DNA of 64,000 nt from a virus. The notes under the pieces are model-generated. The model was not told the DNA's origin and searched no databases. It saw only the letters and a list, made by a program, of their open reading frames with translations. The position numbers and the translations under genes are program-made. The stretch's first letter is position 1, and each line of letters starts with the position of its first letter. Below are positions 53,582 to 63,647 of this stretch, one piece after another. The stretch is from positions 1 to 64,000 of IMG/VR virus record IMGVR_UViG_3300044712_000936, one strand, 5' to 3'.

Positions 53582-53659
53582 TTTGTCAAATAGACATGAT
53601 AAATATACCCACAAAAATGAGATCGGCCCATTCTGATTCCGGCCTATTAAGATCGATCT

Positions 53660-54010
53660 AACGGATCGGCGTGCAACGTAGGGGACTCGGCGTGTAAATT
53701 TAAAACGGCAATGAGAGGGAACAGCGTGCAAAGATCCGGCCTAATTGACTCATACTATGGAATCGGCGTGCAACTTTTCGGCACTTTCGGCGTGCAAAGA
53801 ACGACTAAAGAATCAGCGTGCAAACCCTAGTAATAGAGGTGGAGGGTTGGGAATTGTATATATATACATAGAAAATGCTTTTCCTTGTCCAATGGATTGC
53901 CTATATAGTATATATAGATATATAGAACCTTTAAAAGAACAGTATAAAAGATCAAAACCTTTAAAAAGGAATCAGATCTTAGATCAATATAGAAAACCTT
54001 TAAAAGAAAT
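53660..54010. repeat. Cluster of CRGCGTGCAA direct repeats followed by an AT-rich tract (origin-like)
   Basis: Five copies plus one variant in 53665-53825, then (TA)n and AACCTTTAAAA x3. Confidence 0.6.
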
Positions 54011-54099
54011 AAGAATAGATCAAATACATTGACTCTATAATTAGAATATGATACAGTATATCTAAAAGAACACTATTAAAAACGAAAGGTTTAATATAA

Positions 54100-55346
54100 A
54101 TGGACATCGTAAAAATTATCGAATATCACGATAAGATTATAATGCACACTATTCTGTATAATGCTCCTGAATCAGTATGTGAAATTTCAAGAAAAGAATT
54201 GTATATGATTCAACGGCAATTATCTAAATGGTGGGTTACATCTTATACAGTAGAGTCAGATAAGACTACTACAATATATGAAAGGTATTAATATTATGAT
54301 CGAAACCGCCGCAATTATAAATGATATTAATAAGCGCATTGCTGAACAGCATAAACTGATTCAATTTTACCGTATGACATTATATGTCAATTTTAGCGGT
54401 GCATGTAAGATCGTATTGCGCTCCAAACAACAGAAAAAAGTTGTTATTAATGTGACATATTCTTATATGTCTGATGCGACCAGAGGAGCGGAAATATTAA
54501 ACAAATTAAAGCCGCATATTAGAATTATTATGCGGGATAATATTGTTAAGGGTATGATTATTACTTATCGGCTGTCCGTTAATTATATCTTTATTCATTC
54601 CGTTAATTAATTGATTTTCCTTAACAAAATAACCGCTTGCTTTTTTAGCAATGTGGTATATAATCTAATTAAAGCAGATGAATTAACAATTACCAATTAT
54701 TCAGCTATATAATACTCGTTTAAGTAGTTACTATTTGAACAGATCCGGAGTAGTGAACCGGGCGTAATTGCGAAATATCTGCTTTTTTATACTTATTATT
54801 TGGCTTATCTTCCGGCATTATTATGAGGACAAGCAAATGATCACAAATCAGGATATTGTCGTAGTTCTGTGTTCGTTTTTCACTGTGGGCTTTTGCTCCT
54901 GTCTAACCTATGTAGCGTTAAAGTCAATCAACCTGTTAAAACGCAAACACAAAAAAGAATTGGCAGAAAAACAGGCGGAGATCGACGCATTGTATAAGGA
55001 ATTATGGGCTGTTACTTTGCTGTACCATAGTGCCCCTGTTATTGTTGGCAAAGATCAAAAATTGCCTTTGGGCAAGATTCAAAAAGCTAACGGTACAATG
55101 CGCGAGGTTACAATCGGCGGCAAACGGTACATAGGACTAGAAAGTGAGATCCAGGCATACAGTAAGGGTAAAACTAAGGTATGCCGATCCTATTGGGAAT
55201 GGTCGAGTCGCCAAAACTGGAAAGAAGTGCATACTGAATATCTGATGGTTGATGAATCAGATGTTGCTAAGAGTTTTGTGCATGCAGACAGTACCCATTG
55301 TTACAAAGACTCTGTTGTCGATGTTTTGGAATTGGTGAAAAACTAA
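54100..55346 (+). other. Three hypothetical ORFs (54100-54291, 54278-54610, ~54837-55346)
   Basis: Co-directional; promoter-like TTGACT..TACAGT at ~54029 and TTGCTT..TATAAT at 54637-54664. Confidence 0.55.
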
Positions 55347-55413
55347 GTCCCTTTGTGCAAAGCTTTAGCGACTAAACTAGTGTACAGTATAGCATGAAAG
55401 GCAAAGGATACCG

Positions 55414-56661
55414 ATGGACATAAAAGAAACTACCAAAATTGCAGAAAGTCACAAGCATTATTCGCGGGACACGATTCGTAATGCTGTGATGTACATCAAA
55501 GATAAGTACCGCGTCGGAATCTATGTGGGCAATTTTAGTAAACTCTGTGAGTCTATCGAAGCAAGCGAAAATGACAAAAATGCCCCTAAGCCAGCCAAGT
55601 TAGTTGCTAAGGAATTTTTAACCTATCATGGTATCCATTTAACGGCTGATGATAAAGCGGTAATTGGTAAAATGTTCGCTGATTCTATCCGTAAATCGTC
55701 CTATAAAGTTTCCCTAACTCTAGGTTGCGATGGATCAGCAAAGGACTATTATCACGCTGATTCTTGTTGGTGGGGTGGCTACTCCGATTCGCGGGAATAT
55801 GTCGCCTATAACGGTGGTGGTGCTATCCGTGCTTATGATCCTGAGACTAACAAACTGTGTGGGCGTGTGTGGTTCCTTCCGGCTGATGATGGGATTGTTA
55901 TCTTTAACAGCTATGGGGTAAACGAACTACAGCACACAGAATCATGGGCAACTATAGCCTCTGAATTGTTATCCGCCCCCTATTGTAAATGTACTTTACA
56001 TTTGCAGCACGATCAGTATTTTTTCTTGAATGCTGGCGTGTATATCTATGTAGGTCCGAAAGTTGAACCAGATAAGCGAATCACGATCACCCTCGAGGAG
56101 TTTGACGAAAGAATCTATGATGATTCTGTTTACGCTTATTGCTCTGATTGTGATTGTGAGATTAGAAACGAGGACGATGCTTACTACACTGTTAACGGTA
56201 CAGTGTGCGAAAGTTGCTTTGATAGTTACGTATGTGTAGAATCAGAGGGCGGAGACTATTACCCTGAGGATGATTGTGTCTATTTGCTTCATGGGCGTTA
56301 TTCGGAATGGTTTCTAACGGATAGCTCTGATGTAGTCTCAACTATTAATGGTGCGTATGAATTAGTAGAAAACTGCATTGAGGACGTTTACGGCAATTAT
56401 TATCAGATGGATGATGATATTGACGATGTATTTCTGTGTGATGCTACAGAAGAATACTACCCTATTAGCGAACTTCTGACCCTTGCTGATGGTCGTCACA
56501 TTGCCGAGTCGAACTATGATCGGGATGAATACGGGCCACTAGAGGGAGAAGAACCAGAAGAGGACGATGACGAACCAGAGATCGCCCCTGTAGTTTTGCC
56601 CCTCCTTTCTGTAGGCTACTTTGGTTACATTCACTTTCAACTTCCGAACCTTGTATATTAG
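55414..56661 (+). CDS. Cys-rich hypothetical protein, paralog 2 of 4 (acidic tail)
   Basis: Same conserved core as paralog 1. Confidence 0.8.
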   Translation: MDIKETTKIAESHKHYSRDTIRNAVMYIKDKYRVGIYVGNFSKLCESIEASENDKNAPKPAKLVAKEFLTYHGIHLTADDKAVIGKMFADSIRKSSYKVSLTLGCDGSAKDYYHADSCWWGGYSDSREYVAYNGGGAIRAYDPETNKLCGRVWFLPADDGIVIFNSYGVNELQHTESWATIASELLSAPYCKCTLHLQHDQYFFLNAGVYIYVGPKVEPDKRITITLEEFDERIYDDSVYAYCSDCDCEIRNEDDAYYTVNGTVCESCFDSYVCVESEGGDYYPEDDCVYLLHGRYSEWFLTDSSDVVSTINGAYELVENCIEDVYGNYYQMDDDIDDVFLCDATEEYYPISELLTLADGRHIAESNYDRDEYGPLEGEEPEEDDDEPEIAPVVLPLLSVGYFGYIHFQLPNLVY

Positions 56662-57011
56662 CGTGCTAGACGCGCTGTAGTGCCCCTAAATGGGGCATTA
56701 CGGTTTACACAGGTATCGTCTACCGTGTACTATCAGAATTGAGGCAAGCATGGCGAATAAACAGATCAGATATATCACGACTTATACAGGATACAACGAC
56801 CACACTGGCAACGTTGACACGACTATTAATGTTGAACGAACAGACGGATCTGTGCGAACGTTTGAGTTGGCTAGTTTTGCCAACTGTGCTCGAATTCAGA
56901 ATATCTATAATACCCATAATTTAAATACTAAAATTAACGTTTATCCTGGTGCTACCTTTGTTATGTGGTGTAGGTTTTGGGTAGACTACTATGCTTTGAC
57001 AGGTAAAAATT

Positions 57012-57506
57012 ATGATCAACAAACAGCTAAGACCAGCCCCACGCCACAATAGACCAAACAGGCGTGAAACTTATTATCTAGTGGCGTGCCAGATCTGTGG
57101 CAAGGATCGCTGGCTGAGAAAATCTGATATTGGAACAGCGTGCAGATCCTGTGCTATGAGATTCCGCGACAAAACTTCTCTATTAAGGGCAGTACAACGG
57201 AAACAGCGTATGGCCCCTAGCAAGCCAGAGGCTACCGTTTTAGATTGGTTGACGAGAATCGGCGTGCAGTTTGAGCATCAGGCGATCTTCGATGACAGCG
57301 TGTTAGATTTTCGACTAGGATCGGCGTATGTCGAAGTTAACGGTTACTGGCATTTGCACAATCCTCGCAAGATACAAAAAGATCAGCGTATAGCGGAACA
57401 GCTAGGTAAAAACTTGCTGGTTATCGATGCAAAAGATGTTGTTGAGAAACCTGTAAAAGCTTACCTTTCTTTAATCCAGTTTATTACGACAGCGTGCAAC
57501 GTATAG
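57012..57506 (+). CDS. Zn-ribbon plus DUF559/Vsr-like endonuclease
   Basis: CQICG..CRSC; SKPE...FEHQ...LDF...VEVNGYWH...KDQR. Confidence 0.7.
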   Translation: MINKQLRPAPRHNRPNRRETYYLVACQICGKDRWLRKSDIGTACRSCAMRFRDKTSLLRAVQRKQRMAPSKPEATVLDWLTRIGVQFEHQAIFDDSVLDFRLGSAYVEVNGYWHLHNPRKIQKDQRIAEQLGKNLLVIDAKDVVEKPVKAYLSLIQFITTACNV

Positions 57507-58253
57507 GAGTCATAATGCCTAAATTGACGGACTTTGAACGAGGGACAATCGTTAGAGTTATTAAACCCTTTGATGCTGATCGAACACCGTGCCCCCAAAA
57601 AGGCACAGTAGGTATTGTGTACCGGGTAGATGATGATGGTTTTATCTGTGTGGCTTTCTTTCTACCGATGTGGGATACACGCGGTAACGAGTGGTTATCT
57701 CAGGGCAATAATAGCATATTTATGCGATTGCGTTTCTTTCCTGATGAACTAGAGATCGTTGACGTTTTGTAAGTGATTAATAATTGAACAGCGTGCAACA
57801 AAACAGGAGTATAAAATGGATCATACAGAATGCATAATTTGGAACATATTTATATTAATACTTTCTTTCGGTTCGATTATATTGGCAAGCACTATATCTG
57901 GTCTGTTGATGATCGTGCTAGGTACAGTGGGAGTCTTTGGTTTGTATTTTAGCGTCATATCCCTCGCTACTCTGTTAGGCGACGATTATAAATAAGGAGA
58001 AATTATGTATACAAATAGGTTTTTTATAATGGCGTTGTTAATGACGCTGTTCTATAGCAAGGCAAACGATAAGTTAGAATTCAGTATTGTTGTTATTGCT
58101 ATGTTCGTAATATACAGCCTATCGGCTATTGCTGACGAGTTACACAATATCAATAAACATCTAAGCAAAAAATAACGTGCAACGAATTGTCAAACCCTTA
58201 AGATAGGCCTCTGTAGTGGAGACATACCTTAAGGGAATCTCCTACCTTTTCTC

Positions 58254-58281
58254 TTGACTTAACGTGCAACTGTGGTATAAT
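58254..58281 (+). promoter_or_regulatory. sigma70 promoter with ACGTGCAAC motif in the spacer
   Basis: TTGACT, 16 bp, TATAAT with extended TG. Confidence 0.7.
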
Positions 58282-58322
58282 TGTAATTAGAGTAAAAGAC
58301 AGGGTAAAGGATAAACCTACTT

Positions 58323-59288
58323 ATGATGATTCAAGACGGTTACACACAGATTTACTCTGGTTTCGCGGGTGTTTCTCGTCGTTGTCTGGATAACGTCTAT
58401 ACGTGGTTGATTAACCGCTACAATGTCAGTAATCCAGCACAATACGAACACTTTAACGCTTTTGTAGAAACCGTGCAGAAAACGGAATCGCGCCCAACTA
58501 AGGCTATCTGCAAATTTTTCCACGACGTTTTTAACGTGGACATTAATTCATATGACAAGGCAACAGCCGGAACATATATCCGTAAAAATTCCCTCATGGG
58601 ATCCTACAAATTCGTTTTTACCTACGGTTGTGCTGGCAATGCTGCTGATTATTACCACAGTAATTCCTGTTGGTTCCACGAGTATCCAACTTCGCGTGAT
58701 ATGCTTGAGGGAAATGGTGGGGGTGCAATTCGGGCCTACACTGTTGATACCAACGACATTACTGGTCGGGTCTGGTTCTTGCCTCACGACGATGGTTTGG
58801 TGTTGTTCAACAGCTACGGACAGGGAGATTTACAGCATACCCAAACGTGGGGTGCTGTGGTAGCTCATTTGTTGGATACTTTGACCTGTGAAGCAAAACT
58901 GAATATTGACTCTCCCTATATGATTTACATTAACGGATCTAAAGCGGCATATGTAGGGCCAAAAGTAGTCAACGACACTAAGCAAATCGACGTCACATTG
59001 AAAACGCCCACTGTTTTCCATTACACTCCTGTGCAATACTGCCATGATTGTAATCGTGTTTTGGTTCGAGGTGGCGAACGAGTGTACATTAGTATGGCTG
59101 ATTATTATGTATGTGATAAGTGCGTTGATCGTTATACCTATGTCCAAAACCGTGTAGGTATGTACCCCTCTCATATGTGTGTGAGAGTGTACGTTCACGG
59201 TGCATTTATCGGTAACTATTTGTGTACAGAACCGGGGATTGTTTACGACGAAAAAATGGGATACTATACCTTTCGAGAACGAATGTAA
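58323..59288 (+). CDS. Cys-rich hypothetical protein, paralog 3 of 4
   Basis: Same conserved core as paralog 1. Confidence 0.8.
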   Translation: MMIQDGYTQIYSGFAGVSRRCLDNVYTWLINRYNVSNPAQYEHFNAFVETVQKTESRPTKAICKFFHDVFNVDINSYDKATAGTYIRKNSLMGSYKFVFTYGCAGNAADYYHSNSCWFHEYPTSRDMLEGNGGGAIRAYTVDTNDITGRVWFLPHDDGLVLFNSYGQGDLQHTQTWGAVVAHLLDTLTCEAKLNIDSPYMIYINGSKAAYVGPKVVNDTKQIDVTLKTPTVFHYTPVQYCHDCNRVLVRGGERVYISMADYYVCDKCVDRYTYVQNRVGMYPSHMCVRVYVHGAFIGNYLCTEPGIVYDEKMGYYTFRERM

Positions 59289-59306
59289 AACGGAAAAGAG
59301 AAAGCA

Positions 59307-60230
59307 ATGAAAACAAATCGACTACAAAAATACTGCAATGTTTCCATTGAACACCTACGCAAGATAGGAAAGTTTACGCCTTGTACTCGTGACGGTGCGG
59401 GATATACCTTTATTGATCGCGGATCAAATGTGCTGGCAGTAGCTCACATCGATACCGTGCAACAGGGAACAAACTTTAAGGTTACTGGTTTAAATGGCGG
59501 TGCAGTGTACTCCCCTCGTTTGGATGATAGACTCGGCGCTTACACGATTATAGAATATCTACCATCGGTAGGTGTCAAAATGGACGTGCTGCTTTGTGAG
59601 GACGAAGAAACTATGCAAAGCACAGCGGCCTACTTTCAAACGCTAAAGAAATACAATTGGATGGTTGAGTTTGATCGCGGTGGTCGTGACACAGTTTTGT
59701 ATCAATATCACTATGATAAAACCTTTTCTGATGAACTAGAACGACACGGTTTTATCTTGGGGCACGGAACCTATAGCGATATTGCTGACTTGGGACATTT
59801 AGGCTGTTTAGGTGTGAATTGTTCGGCTGGTTATTACAATTACCATACCAAAGACGCCTTTGTTTTAGTTGAAGTGTGGCAGAAGTCAGTTGATAGTTTT
59901 GTCAGTTTCTATAACGATAACAAAGACACCTATTATCCTCACGACAAGACTAACGATTACTACAACGAAAGTTCACTGTGGGATCGGGACGATTACTACT
60001 ACGGGACAGGCAAGTACGGTACTACGTATTATGGTAACAAAAAGAATAATCGTGCTCTGGTCAATGTAGAGTGGACTAAATGCCCTACCTGTGAAGAAGT
60101 CCGTACAGATCGGGCAGATCGTAACCTGATCGACTACTTTGGAATGTGTTCAGAGTGTTTGATTTACGTGGATCGTTATCAACAGAAGTACAATAAGAAT
60201 CCTAATCCCCCCACTACTCAGGGGGGATGA
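59307..60230 (+). CDS. M28/M20-like Zn metallopeptidase
   Basis: AHIDTV, LDDRLG, DEE, EFDRGG, GTYSD, NCSAGYYNYHT. Confidence 0.8.
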   Translation: MKTNRLQKYCNVSIEHLRKIGKFTPCTRDGAGYTFIDRGSNVLAVAHIDTVQQGTNFKVTGLNGGAVYSPRLDDRLGAYTIIEYLPSVGVKMDVLLCEDEETMQSTAAYFQTLKKYNWMVEFDRGGRDTVLYQYHYDKTFSDELERHGFILGHGTYSDIADLGHLGCLGVNCSAGYYNYHTKDAFVLVEVWQKSVDSFVSFYNDNKDTYYPHDKTNDYYNESSLWDRDDYYYGTGKYGTTYYGNKKNNRALVNVEWTKCPTCEEVRTDRADRNLIDYFGMCSECLIYVDRYQQKYNKNPNPPTTQGG

Positions 60231-61561
60231 TACCTATTGAGAGAAAGGCTATAACGATGGATTTAAAAGATACGTCTTTTGTGTACACGACTGATGGTAT
60301 GTCTTATGATCCAGATACCTTGTACAAGGCGTTAGAGTGGTTGCACCATTCACATCATATTGAGTGTTGCCCCTGCCATACCTTGCCAGCCATAAGCGAA
60401 TACCTAGAAAATACCACAGCTAAACCAGCTAAAGCTATTTCTAAGTATTTTGCTGATCATTATGGTATTAAACTGGCGACAGAACAGCGTACAGAGTTTG
60501 GCAACCGGGTTAGCTGTGCTCGTATGGCACGCACCTATAAGGTGGTATTAACCCTCGGTTGTCAGGGTAACTCGGATGATTATTATCATGAACGGTCTTG
60601 CTGGTGGGGTAGTTATAGCATTTCTCGTGACTTTGTTGAGTTTAACGGCGGCGGCGCTGTCCGTGTTTACACCATAGATGGAGACATTCAGGGTAGAGTG
60701 TGGTTTTTGCCCTTCGATGATGGTATTGTTCTGTTTAATAGTTATGGTCTAGGCGAATTACAGCATGTACATTCGTGGGGGCCAATAGTCGCACAGCTAT
60801 TAGATACAGATTTTTGTAAGTCAACTATGGAAATTCTCAACAATCGGGGACATCTTTACATTAACAGTGAGGTTTCTGCTTATGTAGGGCCAAAAATTGT
60901 ACCTATTTCAACTAAACACTGTAAGATTCGGCTATCTATCCCTGACAGGTTCGTATACAGCCCTGCTAGGGTCTGTAGTCATTGTGAAAGGGTATTTAGC
61001 GATGGCGGAGATGTTCGTTTGCTGGAATTTAATGATCAGTATGTTTGTGGAGGTTGCCTAGACGAATATTATGCCTACGATGTGATAGATCGTATGTATA
61101 AGCCCAAAGAATTAATGCAAAAGGTTTGGGGCATGTTCCAATACTCTACGGCACGTCAAAAATGGTTTTCAGTTGTGCCAAGTGACGCGGTATATATAGA
61201 TTCAATGGGCTATTGTTTACCAGATTGTTTGGTTGATGATGTTTATGGTACTCAACATCTAGTAGGATCTGGTACTTATTTTCGCTGTGACTTCTCCGAT
61301 AAACTCTATCCTAGAAGTGAGTGGACAAGGACTGTATTAGGTGCGGTGGCTAAATCTGTTGTAGCTACCGACGAATTTAAAGCTAAGGTAGCTGAATACG
61401 AAAAGACGCAAGAGAAAGCCAGAGATGAGTGGAGACAGGAACGTCTTTTTCGCTCTACAGGAATAACACAAAAGAGTGCGTCATTCAATTTTAAACCACC
61501 GTCTATTGACTGGGGAACACTGTTTACAAACTTTGTCGATGACGATCAGGACCATTCTTAA
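60227..61561 (+). CDS. Cys-rich hypothetical protein, paralog 4 of 4
   Basis: Same conserved core as paralog 1. Confidence 0.8.
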   Translation: MIPIERKAITMDLKDTSFVYTTDGMSYDPDTLYKALEWLHHSHHIECCPCHTLPAISEYLENTTAKPAKAISKYFADHYGIKLATEQRTEFGNRVSCARMARTYKVVLTLGCQGNSDDYYHERSCWWGSYSISRDFVEFNGGGAVRVYTIDGDIQGRVWFLPFDDGIVLFNSYGLGELQHVHSWGPIVAQLLDTDFCKSTMEILNNRGHLYINSEVSAYVGPKIVPISTKHCKIRLSIPDRFVYSPARVCSHCERVFSDGGDVRLLEFNDQYVCGGCLDEYYAYDVIDRMYKPKELMQKVWGMFQYSTARQKWFSVVPSDAVYIDSMGYCLPDCLVDDVYGTQHLVGSGTYFRCDFSDKLYPRSEWTRTVLGAVAKSVVATDEFKAKVAEYEKTQEKARDEWRQERLFRSTGITQKSASFNFKPPSIDWGTLFTNFVDDDQDHS

Positions 61562-61578
61562 CGGAGTGGTCCTCCACC

Positions 61579-62360
61579 ATGAGAGGGGATCCTATGAAGA
61601 TTCTTATTGAACAACAGGGATCGAAACAGCGTGCAACTTTTTGTGTTATTGTGCAAAAAGGTAAAACTAGTAAGAGTGTTTCCGGTATTTCTGATAAAGC
61701 AGTCATGAGGATTTTGCGGTGGATATGCAAGAAAAACTTTACTTATCAAGGTGCGACTTTTGATGTGGCATCCGATACAGTTACGATTGTCTTTGTCGGG
61801 GAGATGGTTTCCAATGTTGCCTCTTAGTTTTGAAACTAAAGACATCGAGTGGACACGCGAGGAAATACGTGCTGTCTTAGACCTGATTAAAAAACAGGAA
61901 CCTACGTTACTCAGGGTATCTATGCCCGATGCTTGGCTGTTCAAAAAGTCTTTGTACAAAGGCCAAACATACTATATAGCACGGCGCATGACTTCTTTTA
62001 GCTGTGACGCTGTAACCACAACCTTCGATAACTTTATTGCTGAAATGGAGTCTTACTATGATCGCTACTATGGGAGAGGGTATGAAAACTACCTTAAAAA
62101 CAGTAGTTATTAAGTTCAACGATGTAAAGGACGGAAGTCACCCTGATCGTGTACATATGATTGAATATGTTTATGCTGATGGGACAACGTGCAGCTTGGC
62201 AGGAAACGATGATCTGGTGATGGGGGTTGTACTGACTCTTATGAAACTCGGTTTATCGAACCAGCGTGCAGCACAGGAATTAGTGGACAATTCTAGCGGT
62301 GAACCTGTGGTTGTTGAGGACGATGTGCAACCGCTGGTGGCAGAATACGTACTGCAATAA
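61579..62360 (+). other. Three small hypothetical ORFs
   Basis: 61579-61827, ~61814-62113 and ~62082-62360, overlapping in series. Confidence 0.5.
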
Positions 62361-62391
62361 AAAAAGAACCCGGCTCATCACCGGGTTTTTT
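62360..62391. terminator. Bidirectional intrinsic terminator
   Basis: AAAAAAGAACCCGG-CTCATCA-CCGGGTTTTTT between convergent genes. Confidence 0.85.
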
Positions 62392-62397
62392 GTTTGT

Positions 62398-63234
62398 CTA
62401 CAATGTACAGGCGTTGTTTGTGTGTTTGGTATGGGCAATTCTAGCACCTTTCGGCGTAGAGGTATAGCCATCTTTACCACATTCACATTCCCAACGATAC
62501 CGCTTCTTTTTTGGATTACTGGGGATATAACTGATATATTCTGGTAAACCATAGATAATCTTGTTTGGCTCTGGCAGCTGCTTTTGTTTAGGCTCTGAGA
62601 TTAGGGGTACAGAATCACTAACAGGCTGATCAATAACCGGATCGGCGTGCAACGTTATAGTCAGTAATTGGCGTCGAAGTTTCTGTACATATTCAGCCTG
62701 TAATTCATCGGCAATGTTCATGATAGCCAATTCCATTTGTTTGTTTTTAACGGTTCGCTGTTTTTCACTCAGCTGGCGTGCATCTTTTCTTTCTTGTCTA
62801 ACCTTGTCTCGTTCAAAAAAGATTTCCCAGTGAGAATCCTTGTAGGCTCTCCAATCAGCTACAAACCAGCCTGTTGTCACCACCGTCATGATACCTAAAC
62901 CAATACGAGGGGCAAAGGCCATCAGTCCACTGTCCTTGAAGCCAATGACCACGATGGATAAATAGAGCGCAAATAGACCCATCACGTAGGCCCACCGTAC
63001 CGCTATAGTCTCATCGTCCCTTATTGGCTCCTCGAGAAAGCCAAGTAAAGCAATATACATAATATCAATCAGAAACACAGCTAATATTGTTGCTGTAGTT
63101 GCTACAAATTCACCGTGCCCTCTCAACTCTTGCTTAAAAATGTCCCATGTAGAAACCGAATTAAACGCGGTTCCTGCAACCTTAGCGATCAACCACAACT
63201 GTTTATTAGTAATGTTTTTTATAAAGTTCTTCAT
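62398..63234 (-). CDS. Multi-TM membrane protein with coiled coil and C-terminal Zn-finger
   Basis: About 4 TM helices; WECECG...AH..H...C; own promoter TTGCAT-17-TATAAT at 63275-63303. Confidence 0.7.
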   Translation of the reverse strand: MKNFIKNITNKQLWLIAKVAGTAFNSVSTWDIFKQELRGHGEFVATTATILAVFLIDIMYIALLGFLEEPIRDDETIAVRWAYVMGLFALYLSIVVIGFKDSGLMAFAPRIGLGIMTVVTTGWFVADWRAYKDSHWEIFFERDKVRQERKDARQLSEKQRTVKNKQMELAIMNIADELQAEYVQKLRRQLLTITLHADPVIDQPVSDSVPLISEPKQKQLPEPNKIIYGLPEYISYIPSNPKKKRYRWECECGKDGYTSTPKGARIAHTKHTNNACTL

Positions 63235-63499
63235 GTGAGATTAACCTTCCGCTATGATGGATAATAATACTTTAATTATATCATCGTTTTGTTTAGAATG
63301 CAAGAGGTATTTATTCTTTTTTAATTGTTACAGCGTAGGTGACTATATTAAGTACATCCTGTACATTATTTATGATAATACGATTAGCGGAAACAGCGTG
63401 CAACACTAGAAAAACAAGAAGTAAATTAGTGATAAAGGAGAGCACCAGCAGTAAAATAAGTATCATTGTTAGAATCCCGTTATAAAATAGATGAAAGGC

Positions 63500-63528
63500 T
63501 TGACAAACATTCAACTGTATAGTATTAT
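63500..63528 (+). promoter_or_regulatory. sigma70 promoter for the small-RNA array
   Basis: TTGACA, 17 bp, TATTAT. Confidence 0.8.
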
Positions 63529-63534
63529 ATATCT

Positions 63535-63631
63535 AACGTGGCCTGACAAAAAGCCTTTGCCTTGTCGGTTCGGTTGTAAACATTATGTGATCCTCCTTTC
63601 GAGTTTGGACTATGTAGTGTCAGGCCATGTT
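63535..63631 (+). ncRNA. Stem-closed small RNA with anti-Shine-Dalgarno sequence
   Basis: AACGTGGCCTGACA/TGTCAGGCCATGTT terminal stem; internal GATCCTCCTTTC. Confidence 0.6.
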
Positions 63632-63647
63632 TTCTTAGACCGTATAT

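Noticed and set aside
53660-53830. CRISPR mini-array
   Set aside because: Repeats are only about 10 bp with irregular spacing, and no cas genes are present.
53745-54032. 95-aa ORF over the repeat/AT-rich tract
   Set aside because: TTG start without an SD and a low-complexity repeat-derived sequence.
51636-61561. Diversity-generating retroelement behind the paralogs
   Set aside because: No reverse transcriptase is present and no near-identical TR/VR pair differing at adenines was seen.
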